A model generated the notes under the pieces. That model was not told where the DNA came from, ran no database searches, and worked only from the letters and a program-made list of their open reading frames with translations. From positions 18,126 through 82,125 of the forward strand of contig NZCC01000024.1 in assembly GCA_002688175.1 (NCBI GenBank): DNA of 64,000 nt, written 5' to 3'. Source of the stretch: Chromatiales bacterium. Its GTDB lineage: Bacteria; Pseudomonadota; Gammaproteobacteria; Steroidobacterales; GCA-2729495. Every line of letters begins with the position of its first letter. Position 1 is the first letter of the stretch. This document shows positions 9,898-19,889 of this stretch, one piece after another. A program made the position numbers and the translations under genes.

Positions 9898-10878
9898 ATG
9901 ACAAAACTATCTCTGCGCCGCACCCGACTGAACCACCACACTCGGGAACTAACACGCGAAACACATATTCAGCCCCAGCAACTGATTCAACCACTGTTTG
10001 TCGTCGATGGTATTGATGAACGCGAACCGGTCCCAGGTATCGACATGCTTTTTCGCGACACACAGCAAAGCCTGTTGCAACAAATCGAGGCTGACAGGGC
10101 TGCCGGCATCAATAAATTTCTACTCTTCAGTGTACCTGCGGAAAAAAGTACCGCCACATTCAATGTGTCATTTACCGTGGCACAAATCGAGGCAATCAGA
10201 CAACAATTCGGTGCTGACATCTGGCTTGCCGTCGATGTCTGCCTGTGTTCACACACCATGCATGGTCATTGTGGTGTACTCAACTCCGCCGGTAATTATC
10301 TGCGCAATGACGCCACCGTAAGTGAACTTGCGAATATAGCCGGGCTTTATGCTGAGGCCGGCGCCGATTGCATCGCACCGAGCGACATGATGGACGGCAG
10401 AGTCGCTGCCATTCGTGCCACACTCGACGAGCTTGGCTGTGAACAGACGACGATCATGAGTTACTCGGCAAAGTTCCATTCTCATTTCTACGGCCCTTTT
10501 CGCCTGGCCGCAGATTCGGCCCCGGCCACCCAGAACCAGCTGCAGGACCGGGCCAGCTACCAGATCGACCCGGCGCGACCAACGGATGCACTGGCAAGCT
10601 CACAACGTGATGCCCGGGAAGGGGCCGATATTCTGATGGTCAAACCTGGCCTGCCGTATCTTGACGTACTCACCAATCTGACCGGGCAGATTCCACTTCC
10701 CTGGGCCGTCTACCAGACCAGCGGCGAACAGGCTGCGATCGACACACTCGCCCGGCATGACCTGATACAGCGTGATGGTGCGCAACACGAAACATGGCTG
10801 GCTTTCAAGCGGGCCGGTGCAACCATGATTATCAGTTATGCGGCACGACGAGCGAACCAGATACTGCGCACTGTGTGA
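9898..10878 (+). CDS. hemB: Porphobilinogen synthase (ALA dehydratase), Zn-type
   Basis: DVCLCSHTMHGHCG, APSDMMDGRV, MSYSAKF, FYGPFR, LMVKPG. Confidence 0.95.
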   Translation: MTKLSLRRTRLNHHTRELTRETHIQPQQLIQPLFVVDGIDEREPVPGIDMLFRDTQQSLLQQIEADRAAGINKFLLFSVPAEKSTATFNVSFTVAQIEAIRQQFGADIWLAVDVCLCSHTMHGHCGVLNSAGNYLRNDATVSELANIAGLYAEAGADCIAPSDMMDGRVAAIRATLDELGCEQTTIMSYSAKFHSHFYGPFRLAADSAPATQNQLQDRASYQIDPARPTDALASSQRDAREGADILMVKPGLPYLDVLTNLTGQIPLPWAVYQTSGEQAAIDTLARHDLIQRDGAQHETWLAFKRAGATMIISYAARRANQILRTV

Positions 10879-10905
10879 GCCCGATTACTCCCGGATAAAG
10901 AATAT

Positions 10906-11358
10906 ATGCCAGTAAGCCAGCCCTTATCCTCCGACCCAGGCACCTATGCGCTGATCATGAGCTGCAGAAAATCATCCCGCCTGGCCGTCGGCAAGTTGGG
11001 CAACATGATGCTGCAACCCGGATTCTATATTTATGTTGGTAGTGCCCTTGGGCCTGGCGGCATCAAGGCTCGCGTTTCCCGTCACCGCCGCCGGAACAAG
11101 AAACTGCACTGGCACATCGACTATCTGCGCCGACAGACTGCATTGATTGAAACCTGGACCATGACAGGCACGATAAACCATGAACACGCCTGGGCCGCGG
11201 CCCTGACTAAAAAGTATGTAACTGCCTGCAACCGGTTCGGTGCATCGGACTGCCGATGTTCATCTCACTTGTTCTACACCGCCATCAGGCCGTCGCCAGA
11301 TATTATCGATGCACTATGCTGCGACATTGACAGCCGACTTGAAGTAAAAATATTTTAA
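10906..11358 (+). CDS. GIY-YIG superfamily protein (DUF123/Uri type)
   Basis: GTYAL...GFYIYVGSA, LHWHIDYL, FGASDCRCSSHLF. Confidence 0.8.
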   Translation: MPVSQPLSSDPGTYALIMSCRKSSRLAVGKLGNMMLQPGFYIYVGSALGPGGIKARVSRHRRRNKKLHWHIDYLRRQTALIETWTMTGTINHEHAWAAALTKKYVTACNRFGASDCRCSSHLFYTAIRPSPDIIDALCCDIDSRLEVKIF

Positions 11359-11395
11359 CCCTGCTGGAATGACTTCAGCCACGATTCCCACTCTT

Positions 11396-12706
11396 TCACT
11401 TATGTACTCTGCCAGCACGGATAACATGATGAATCCGGCGAACATTGCCTACATCGAGACGCGGATCGGCATCGAGTACCAGCAGATCCGCCTGGGCGCC
11501 TTCTCGCAGCGTGCCGAACACGCCTTTGCGATTGAACACACTGGCTGCCGTGGTCGTTGCAGCCCTGAGTACATCAATTGGATCCAGCCCGGCCTCCTGG
11601 TGCATGACGAGTTCAAGCTGGGCTGAAATACCGGGCAACACACCGGGAATACCCGTATCAGTACCAATCAGCACCGGGATACCGGCTCCGTACACGGTAA
11701 ACAGGTTGAGGCGTAAAACCGGCAACCGCGCAACGGTCCACGCCGTATTGTCGAGCCGTGACGTACCGGAAGGAGCCTTGCGAAAGATCTCCATCGCAGC
11801 CGGATTTAACCGCTTGTTGAGATCAAATTTTTCGAGTCGGTCAACCCATTTATCATAACCGACATTGGTCTGAAACATCGTTAACGTCGATATATAGCAA
11901 GTGTTACCACGCTTCATCAGGTCAATGAATTCTGCATCGACGGGCTCACTGATGATGCCGTGGACAAGACAGTCAACACCTGCCTCGAGCAGGTGCTTGG
12001 CAAGTTCCAGAATGGGTGCATGGGCAAAAGACATCAGCTCTTGTTTATGAGCCTCATCAATAATGGCAATTGCAATCTCCCGATCCATGACCGCGAAGGG
12101 ACGTGTCGTCGCCCAACGCATATCGTCGTACATCAGTTTGACGCCATCCGAACCAGCAGCCTTAATTTCGCGCACAATCGCCCGTGCCTCATCCGGTGTC
12201 TCGGGGGTGTACCCTTTGCCCCAGCCGCCATCCGTTGTGAATACCCCACGCACCAGAAACGTGCGCGGATAGGCACTGCGGTCCCGTGAAACCTCATTGC
12301 GCAACTGATCGAACTCGTCAACCGGAACCCCCGGATCCAGGGTTGCTGTGACACCCCAGTCGAGCAAACTACTGAGTACGGCGGCCGGGTTACCGCCCGG
12401 TTTGAACATGCCGGACCTCAGGTGATTGTGCATGTCGGCGATACCGGGCATGACATAGCCACCGCTGGCATCGAGCACCTGTGCAGAGGGCGGTGCCGGT
12501 GAATTATCACCCGGCTGTACGGCAATAATCAGGCCGTTCTGGACGATGATAGTGCCCGGCACTCCGAGATCATCACGCCCCGGGTCGATCAGCGTCCCGC
12601 CACGGATGACGAGCAGATTACCAGTCTGGGCATGCACTGGTATGGCGACACAAAATATGATGCCACACAAAATCAGGTTCGCGAGGCAGCTAAAACCCTT
12701 CACCAT
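11396..12706 (-). CDS. Amidohydrolase family protein with putative signal peptide
   Basis: VMPGIADMHNH, AHA, VHG, IGTDTG, GAQADLLVLDADP. Confidence 0.85.
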   Translation of the reverse strand: MVKGFSCLANLILCGIIFCVAIPVHAQTGNLLVIRGGTLIDPGRDDLGVPGTIIVQNGLIIAVQPGDNSPAPPSAQVLDASGGYVMPGIADMHNHLRSGMFKPGGNPAAVLSSLLDWGVTATLDPGVPVDEFDQLRNEVSRDRSAYPRTFLVRGVFTTDGGWGKGYTPETPDEARAIVREIKAAGSDGVKLMYDDMRWATTRPFAVMDREIAIAIIDEAHKQELMSFAHAPILELAKHLLEAGVDCLVHGIISEPVDAEFIDLMKRGNTCYISTLTMFQTNVGYDKWVDRLEKFDLNKRLNPAAMEIFRKAPSGTSRLDNTAWTVARLPVLRLNLFTVYGAGIPVLIGTDTGIPGVLPGISAQLELVMHQEAGLDPIDVLRAATTTAASVFNRKGVFGTLREGAQADLLVLDADPRLDVGNVRRIHHVIRAGRVHK

Positions 12707-12887
12707 TCCTGTATCCCCATGTATTCCGGTAACTGTCGAAGCATGAAAATATCATCTTTTGCTGATCAAGACGATCAACTCGGACAGTAAATTCACCACC
12801 GAACCCATACCTATGCGTATAACCGCCGGCAGGAAAACGGTGTTTTACATCAATCGTAACCTGATCTCCGGCCTGTTGATCAGGAAA

Positions 12888-13475
12888 TCACAACAACCGC
12901 AAGAACTCTTCACGCGTCTGTGGCTGGGCACGAAAACTGCCGAGCATGCAGGATGTCGTCATAACCGAATTCTGTTTCTGGACACCTCGCATCATCATGC
13001 ACATATGCTGGGCCTCAATCACGACCCCAACACCACACGCATCGATCGAATCATTGACACAACTTGCGATTTGCTTGGTCAGCACTTCCTGGATCTGTAA
13101 CCGGCGCGCGAAATAATCGACGATACGTGCGATCTTCGACAGACCAATTACCTTGCCTTGTGGAATATAGGCAACGTGACACTTACCTATGAACGGCAAC
13201 ATGTGATGCTCACACAACGAGTACATCTCGATATTGCTCACGATGACCATCTCATCTGTATCACTCGTGAATACGGCATCGTTAATCAGATCAGCAAGAT
13301 TCTGCCGGTACCCGCCGGTGATAAAATGCAGCGCCTTGGCTGCACGTTTGGGTGTATCGATGAGTCCCTCGCGCTGTGGGTCTTCGCCCATAGCCACGAG
13401 GATTTCGCGATAGTTTTCAGTCATGCGCTGTATGTTGTCGTCATCTTCTGACACGTCATCGTCCTTTTGCTTCAA
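12888..13475 (-). CDS. folE: GTP cyclohydrolase I
   Basis: [47 protein letters not shown]. Confidence 0.97.
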   Translation of the reverse strand: MKQKDDDVSEDDDNIQRMTENYREILVAMGEDPQREGLIDTPKRAAKALHFITGGYRQNLADLINDAVFTSDTDEMVIVSNIEMYSLCEHHMLPFIGKCHVAYIPQGKVIGLSKIARIVDYFARRLQIQEVLTKQIASCVNDSIDACGVGVVIEAQHMCMMMRGVQKQNSVMTTSCMLGSFRAQPQTREEFLRLL

Positions 13476-13529
13476 TCTGAGTCTGAATGTAATGCTACGG
13501 CGGGCATACCTGCCAACAGCTGATCAATA

Positions 13530-16500
13530 TCACCGGATGACCGAAATTAACTCATCGCAACTATCCGAACCAGTTTCACGGCCAGACAAATGGGTCATCA
13601 AATCGGCGAACCCGGCAATCGTGGGATACTCGAACAGGTTAATCAAGGGCACTTCGATATTCAGCTGGTCTCGTATGCGGGCAATAACCCGGGTCGCGAG
13701 CAGCGAGTGACCACCGAGCGCAAAGAAATCATCATGCACACCAAGCGTCTCCAGTTGTAACACCTCTCCCCAGATCGACAGCAATTTGCCCTCCAGTTCG
13801 CTGCGCGCCGGTACCAGCCCTGTGCCTGCCTCACGATCAAACCGTAGCTCCGGCAAAGCTGCTCGCGCCACTTTACCGTTTGCATGGCGTGGCAATTCTT
13901 CCAGCCACTCGATCGCCTGCGGCACCATAAAGGCAGGTAATTGTCCTCGCAGGGCATCGAGGAGTGCGGCAGTAGCCGGCCTGTCATGCGCGGCAGTCAC
14001 CACATAGGCTATCAACCAGGGATCACCCTGCCGCTCGATAACCGTTACTGCACAATCGGCAACCCCAGGCAATGTGCCGAGCAGCGATTCAATCTCGGCA
14101 GGCTCGACCCGGTAACCGCGAATATTGACCTGCTCATCCCGCCGCCCAACATATACGATTTGACCGTCCGGCAAGCGCCGCCCGAGATCCCCGGTGCGCA
14201 ACATGGAACCGGGGCCAAAGTGCTCCGCTGTTGGTTGCGGTTGTCGCCAGTAACCGGGTGACAGGCCCTGCCCCGTCAGCACAATTTCACCACACCAACC
14301 CGGCACCCCATGATCGTCCAGCAACGCTACGTCGAGCCCCGTAACCGCAGCCCCGATCGGCACTGACTGGCCGACCAGCCGGGTATCCATATCGGCATGA
14401 AATTGCAACGCGAGCGTTGACTCGGTCAAACCTAACCCGTTGATAAAACGCGTGCCGCGTACAAAGCGCGAGCGATACAACTCAAAATCTGAACGACGCA
14501 CCGGCTCACCACCGAGCACTACCAGGCGCACGCCAGACAGATCGTGAGAACAATTCAGCTCTCCGCCGAATAAATAGCGATACAGTGACGGTGCCGCATG
14601 TACAACTGTGATGCCATCGGCAACCAGCGCCGTAACCAGCGCCGTATTCTCGATCAGACGCTGACCCCCGACCGCATTGTCGTAGCCTGAAACGTTGTAC
14701 AAGCAGACCGTAGCGCCATTTAACAACGCGCCGAAGATATCCTGAATAGCAGCATCATAAGCAAAACCTGACAATCCACTTAACCGGTCCGCCGGACTGA
14801 GATCAAGTGCCTGCGAATAACGTCCGACCTGGGTCACAACACCCTGGTGGGTCTGCATGACACCTTTTGGTGTACCGGTCGACCCGGATGTGTAAATGAT
14901 GCAGGCCAAAGCATCAGCCTCGATCGTGACCTGTGGATCTTCGGCAGTTGCTTTTCCATCAAGCTCGATAACCGGCAATAGTGATGCTGACAGTGCGTGA
15001 GCCTTATCGGCATGGAGGGGATCAGCGACAATCGCACCAAGGCCGGCATCGCGTGCGATCGCGACCAGTCGGGCCTCCGGCCAGGACGGATCAAGCGGCA
15101 CCCAGGCATAACCGGCCTTCAGGATTCCAACCAGACCGACGACCAGGGGCGTATCCGGCGCACCTATCAGGCCAATGCGCGGCACCTCCGGATCCGGGGC
15201 AAGTTCGAGCGACAACAGGCGTACAGCCAGCTTGTTGGCCTGCTCATTCAGCTCCCCATAACTCAATCTGCTGCAGCTTGAGCGTACGGCCATAGCCTTC
15301 GGTGCCTGGCGCAACCGAGCACCAAAATGGGTCAGGATGTTACCCGTCCAGTCCGCCTGCTTGAGCCGTTGCGGCTCAGTCAGCGAAGGTAATTCGTTCA
15401 GCCGAAGATCCGGATCAGCAACGAAAGTTTCCAGGAGCAGCACATAGTAATCAGTAAGTTCGCTGATCGTAGCTTCGGCAAACAGATCGGAATTGTATTC
15501 AAAGTGAGCAAACAGACCACCCACATCACTGTGCAGCAACTCGCTGATGCTGACGGTCAGGTCAAATTTTGCCAGACCACGATCGATACCCATTGGTGTC
15601 GCATCAAGCGCATCGAAATCGGTCGCCTGCACCGGTTCATTGTGCAGGTTAAACATGACCTGGAAGATCGGTGTGCGTCCGGTGTTTCGTTCAGGGCGCA
15701 GTTCATCGACGAGTTTTTCAAACGGCAGATCCTGATGCGCATAGGCATCGAGCGCTGTCTTGCGAACCCGTACAAGTAATTCGCGAAAGGTCGGATTCCC
15801 GTCAAATCGGGTGCGCAACACAAGCGTGTTGATGAAGAAACCGATCAGGCCTTCGAGTTCGGTTCGTCCGCGCCCTGCAATCGGCGTTCCGATGACCACG
15901 TCCCGGGTACCGGCATACCGTCCCAGGACCAGCGCAAATATTGCGGCCAGAACCATGAACAGCGTACTGTCCTCTTGCCGGGCAAGACCAGTAAGGGCAT
16001 CGGCCAGCTCAGCTGTCAATGACCGCGAGAGGCTTGCACCGCGATGAGACTGAACAGCCGGCCGGGGCCGGTCGGTCGGCAGTTCCAGCAACGGCGGCAC
16101 ACCTTCCAGTTGCTTCCGCCAATAGTCGATCTGTCGCGCCAGCTCTGCACCGGTCAACCGGTCATGTTGCCAGACTGCGTAATCAGCATACTGCACTGCT
16201 AACGGTGCCCATGACGGCAGCTCGCCACGCCGTAATGCATTGTAAGCCGTCGATAATTCTCCGAATAACACGGACATCGACCAGCCATCAGCGATGATGT
16301 GATGAATGACCACCAGCAACACCTGCTCATGAGCACCGGTGGTGACAATATGCACGCACATCAGTGGCCCGACATCAAGTGCAAACGGTTTCTTTGCCAG
16401 TCCACTCAAGCGGACCTTCAGTTCATCCTCCGACGTTGCAGATAAGGTCGTGTATTCAACATCAACCAACAGTTCAGCGGCAATCAGTTGACGTGGCACA

Positions 16501-19500
16501 CCACCGTCAGCGCTGAAGGTGGTCCGCAAAATCTCGTGTCGCGCCACGAGCGCCTGCACGGCTGCTGTAAGTGCATTGCGGTCCACTTCGCCAACCAGGC
16601 GCTGGCACCAGGCCAGGTTATAAGCGCTGCTGCCCGGCTCCAGCTGATCGAGAAACCAGAGCCGTTGCTGCATCAGTGAAGCCGGTGCCTGGGTGCGAAG
16701 ATGACTATCCCGTGCCACCAGCTGACCGGCACGGCCGGTAAACTCAAGCGCACACCGATTCGTATCATCTGATTCAAGCAAGCCGGTCAAACCCGCCACC
16801 GTCGGCTCATCGAACAAGGCGCGCAGCGGCAGTTCGACAGCCAGTACGTCACGAATACGCGCTACCAGCTGAGTTGCGAGTAATGAGTGGCCACCGACAG
16901 TGAAAAAGTTATCGTTCACTCCAACGCCGGGCAAGCCGAGAACATCGGCAAACAGGCCGGCCAGCGCTGCCTCCAACGGTCCATTGGGTATGTCCCGGAC
17001 AGATGCGGTATTGATGCTCGCAATGGAAACCGGATCAGGCGCCGGCAACTGACGACGGTCAACCTTACCATTCGGCGTGAGCGGTAAGGATTCGAGAGCG
17101 ACAAATAATGACGGCAGCATGTAATCCGGTAAGTGATCGCGTAATGCGACACGCAAGGCATCAGCATCGAGCGGTGTAGCAACCGGTACGACATAGGCAA
17201 CCAGTCGCTCATTGCTGAGCACCACAGCCGCCGCACTGATGCCGGCAAGATCACCCAGTACCGCCTCTATCTCACCCAGCTCAATCCGGAAGCCCCGCAA
17301 TTTGACCTGGCGATCAATCCGCCCCAGCAGTTCAAGCCTGCCGTCATTGCGAATCCGAGCCAGGTCTCCGGTACGATAAAGCCTGTCACCCGGCCGCACC
17401 GGATCGGCAACAAAACGTTCGGCGGTCAGTTCCGCACGTTCATGATAACCATCCGCCAGACCCTGCCCACCGATGTAGAGTTCCCCCACGACCCCGACCG
17501 GTACCGGCCTCATGCTGACATCGAGGACCAGGATTATCGTGTTGGCTATTGGCCGACCGATGGTAATTGGCGAGGATGCATTAAGGAGCCGCTCGCAGAT
17601 TGACCAGATCGTTGTCTCGGTCGGGCCATACATATTCCACAGCTCACCGCCTGCATCGAGCAACTGCCTGGCAAGCCCCCGGTCAAGTGATTCTCCGCCG
17701 CACAGGATGCGCAGACCCGGCAAACCACTCCAGCCGGCATTGAGCAGTAAACGCCAGGTCGCCGGTGTAGCCTGCATGATCGTCGGTTGGCACTCCTGTA
17801 CCAACGCACTGAGTGCAGGGCCATCACCGGTTGTCTCGGCAGGTGCAATGATAACGCTGGCACCAACGGTCAGCGGTAACAGCAATTCGAGCACGGCAAT
17901 GTCAAAACTCAAGGTCGTAACAGCGAGCAACCGATCACCCGCCTCGATACCGGGCTCAGTTACCATGCTCAGCAGAAAATTCACCACCGCCTGATGTCCA
18001 ATGCGCACACCTTTTGGCCTGCCCGTCGAACCCGAGGTGTAAATCAGGTACGCAACCGACGCATCCGGAGCCACTTCTTTACCGGTGCGCTCAACAACAG
18101 GCATCCGGATCTCCGCGATCCGACCGTCATCGGTTAACAATACGATTGCGCCGTCAAAAGGCGGCAAGGATCCACTGATGGCTGCCTGCGTGATCAGGAT
18201 ACCGGCACCCGAATCATCGAGCATATAACAGATGCGCTGAGCAGGATAGGTCCGGTCCAGTGGCACGTATCCGGCACCGGATTGCAACACGCCGAGCACT
18301 GCCGTCATCATGACCGGCGCTCTTTCGGTACAGATCGCGATGAACGGGCTCGCCGCTCGCGGTAACAATTCGACCAGGCACTCTGCCAGTGCCGCCGCAC
18401 GCGCATCCAGCTTGCTGTAAGTCCAGGCCTGATCCATGAACTCAAGCGCAATTGCATCCGGCATCCGTTGCGTCTGTGCATTGATCAGTCCGTGCACGGT
18501 CAGCTGAGTATCAACTACCCGCACATTCCCGGCCGTTGCAGCGAAGAGATCATGGTGTTGTTCCACCGACAGCAAATCGAGTTTATCTATCGACTGCTCC
18601 GGATCCTGCGTGATCGCCCGCAATAAGATTTCATAACTTGCAGCCAGGCGGTCTATGGTTTGTTCATCAAACAGGTCTGTGTTGTATTCAAGATTTACCC
18701 ATAACTCGTCTTCATACTCATGCGCCGATACAGTCAGGTCGAACTTTGCTGTGTCGACCGGACCCGCCTCACCCGGTTCTATATCGAGACCATGAATTGG
18801 CTGTGCCTCCCATGGCGTGTTCTGCAGAATAAACATCGTCTGAAACAACGGCGAGCGAGCCTGATCACGAACTGGTTGCAGGGTTTCAACGAGTTTCTCG
18901 AAGGGTAATTCCTGATGTGCGAATGCAGCCAGTGTCGAGCGCCGCACCCGGGCCAGCAATTCGAGAAAACCCGGCCGACCGGATAAATCGGTACGCAGTA
19001 CCAGCGTATTTACGAATAAACCAATCAGCCCTTCAAGCTCAGTGCGACGCCGACCCGCAATCGGTGACCCCACACAAATATCGTCCTGCCCGGTATAGCG
19101 TGACAACAACACATTAAATGCCGCGAGCATCACCATAAACAGTGTGCATGAATGATCACGGGCCAGCTTATTGAGTGCCGCCATCAGGTTGGCCGGCATG
19201 ACACGGGTCAGACGATGGCCGTTATAGGTCTGGTGCGGTGGCCGCGGCCGATCCGTCGGCAACGATAATTCTGCCGGGGCATCCGCCAGCGCGACACGCC
19301 AGAATTCCAGCTGCCGTTCCAGTTCAGGGCCGGCGAGCCAGTTTCGTTGCCAGATCGTATAATCTGCATATTGCACCGGCAATTCACTTAGCTGTGGTCG
19401 CTCACCGGCTGCCAGTGCAGCGTAGCACCCGGCCAGATCGCCGAACAAAACCCCCGATGACCACGCGTCCGACACAATATGATGACTGAGCATCAACAAC

Positions 19501-19889
19501 AGGTGCTCGTTCGCTATAATGCGTAATACGTGGACACGAAACAGCGGGCCCATCGCAAGATCAAACGGTTCAGCAACCAACTCGCCGACCCGTGCGTGTA
19601 ATACAGCGGGGCCCGACTCGGTTAACTCGTGCCATTGCACCGGCACCTCGACGGCGGCGGTAATAATCTGCACCGGCTCTCCACCGCGGTCCACAAAAGT
19701 TGTGCGCAGCGATTCATGTCGGGCAACCACGAGATTGACGGCATCCTGCAAGCTGTCGCGATCGAGGGGACCGGTCAGGCTGACCGGCAACCGGATCGTA
19801 TAGACGGTACTCGGCCCTTCGAGCTGATCGAGAAACCACAGCCGCTGTTGTACAAACGACAGCGGAAATTCATACCGTTCCGCACTCAT
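13530..19889 (-). CDS. Nonribosomal peptide synthetase, C-A(Gly)-T-C-A(unknown)-T, no TE/R domain
   Basis: HHIVSDAWS and HHIIADGWS condensation motifs; two YTSGSTG loops; two GGHSLL carrier motifs; ends ~20 aa after the last T; ATGA overlap with the upstream NRPS. Confidence 0.95.
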   Translation of the reverse strand: MSAERYEFPLSFVQQRLWFLDQLEGPSTVYTIRLPVSLTGPLDRDSLQDAVNLVVARHESLRTTFVDRGGEPVQIITAAVEVPVQWHELTESGPAVLHARVGELVAEPFDLAMGPLFRVHVLRIIANEHLLLMLSHHIVSDAWSSGVLFGDLAGCYAALAAGERPQLSELPVQYADYTIWQRNWLAGPELERQLEFWRVALADAPAELSLPTDRPRPPHQTYNGHRLTRVMPANLMAALNKLARDHSCTLFMVMLAAFNVLLSRYTGQDDICVGSPIAGRRRTELEGLIGLFVNTLVLRTDLSGRPGFLELLARVRRSTLAAFAHQELPFEKLVETLQPVRDQARSPLFQTMFILQNTPWEAQPIHGLDIEPGEAGPVDTAKFDLTVSAHEYEDELWVNLEYNTDLFDEQTIDRLAASYEILLRAITQDPEQSIDKLDLLSVEQHHDLFAATAGNVRVVDTQLTVHGLINAQTQRMPDAIALEFMDQAWTYSKLDARAAALAECLVELLPRAASPFIAICTERAPVMMTAVLGVLQSGAGYVPLDRTYPAQRICYMLDDSGAGILITQAAISGSLPPFDGAIVLLTDDGRIAEIRMPVVERTGKEVAPDASVAYLIYTSGSTGRPKGVRIGHQAVVNFLLSMVTEPGIEAGDRLLAVTTLSFDIAVLELLLPLTVGASVIIAPAETTGDGPALSALVQECQPTIMQATPATWRLLLNAGWSGLPGLRILCGGESLDRGLARQLLDAGGELWNMYGPTETTIWSICERLLNASSPITIGRPIANTIILVLDVSMRPVPVGVVGELYIGGQGLADGYHERAELTAERFVADPVRPGDRLYRTGDLARIRNDGRLELLGRIDRQVKLRGFRIELGEIEAVLGDLAGISAAAVVLSNERLVAYVVPVATPLDADALRVALRDHLPDYMLPSLFVALESLPLTPNGKVDRRQLPAPDPVSIASINTASVRDIPNGPLEAALAGLFADVLGLPGVGVNDNFFTVGGHSLLATQLVARIRDVLAVELPLRALFDEPTVAGLTGLLESDDTNRCALEFTGRAGQLVARDSHLRTQAPASLMQQRLWFLDQLEPGSSAYNLAWCQRLVGEVDRNALTAAVQALVARHEILRTTFSADGGVPRQLIAAELLVDVEYTTLSATSEDELKVRLSGLAKKPFALDVGPLMCVHIVTTGAHEQVLLVVIHHIIADGWSMSVLFGELSTAYNALRRGELPSWAPLAVQYADYAVWQHDRLTGAELARQIDYWRKQLEGVPPLLELPTDRPRPAVQSHRGASLSRSLTAELADALTGLARQEDSTLFMVLAAIFALVLGRYAGTRDVVIGTPIAGRGRTELEGLIGFFINTLVLRTRFDGNPTFRELLVRVRKTALDAYAHQDLPFEKLVDELRPERNTGRTPIFQVMFNLHNEPVQATDFDALDATPMGIDRGLAKFDLTVSISELLHSDVGGLFAHFEYNSDLFAEATISELTDYYVLLLETFVADPDLRLNELPSLTEPQRLKQADWTGNILTHFGARLRQAPKAMAVRSSCSRLSYGELNEQANKLAVRLLSLELAPDPEVPRIGLIGAPDTPLVVGLVGILKAGYAWVPLDPSWPEARLVAIARDAGLGAIVADPLHADKAHALSASLLPVIELDGKATAEDPQVTIEADALACIIYTSGSTGTPKGVMQTHQGVVTQVGRYSQALDLSPADRLSGLSGFAYDAAIQDIFGALLNGATVCLYNVSGYDNAVGGQRLIENTALVTALVADGITVVHAAPSLYRYLFGGELNCSHDLSGVRLVVLGGEPVRRSDFELYRSRFVRGTRFINGLGLTESTLALQFHADMDTRLVGQSVPIGAAVTGLDVALLDDHGVPGWCGEIVLTGQGLSPGYWRQPQPTAEHFGPGSMLRTGDLGRRLPDGQIVYVGRRDEQVNIRGYRVEPAEIESLLGTLPGVADCAVTVIERQGDPWLIAYVVTAAHDRPATAALLDALRGQLPAFMVPQAIEWLEELPRHANGKVARAALPELRFDREAGTGLVPARSELEGKLLSIWGEVLQLETLGVHDDFFALGGHSLLATRVIARIRDQLNIEVPLINLFEYPTIAGFADLMTHLSGRETGSDSCDELISVIR

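Noticed and set aside
10906..11358. GIY-YIG gene as a homing endonuclease or defence system
   Set aside because: Small DUF123-type protein with no intron, methylase partner or mobile context visible.
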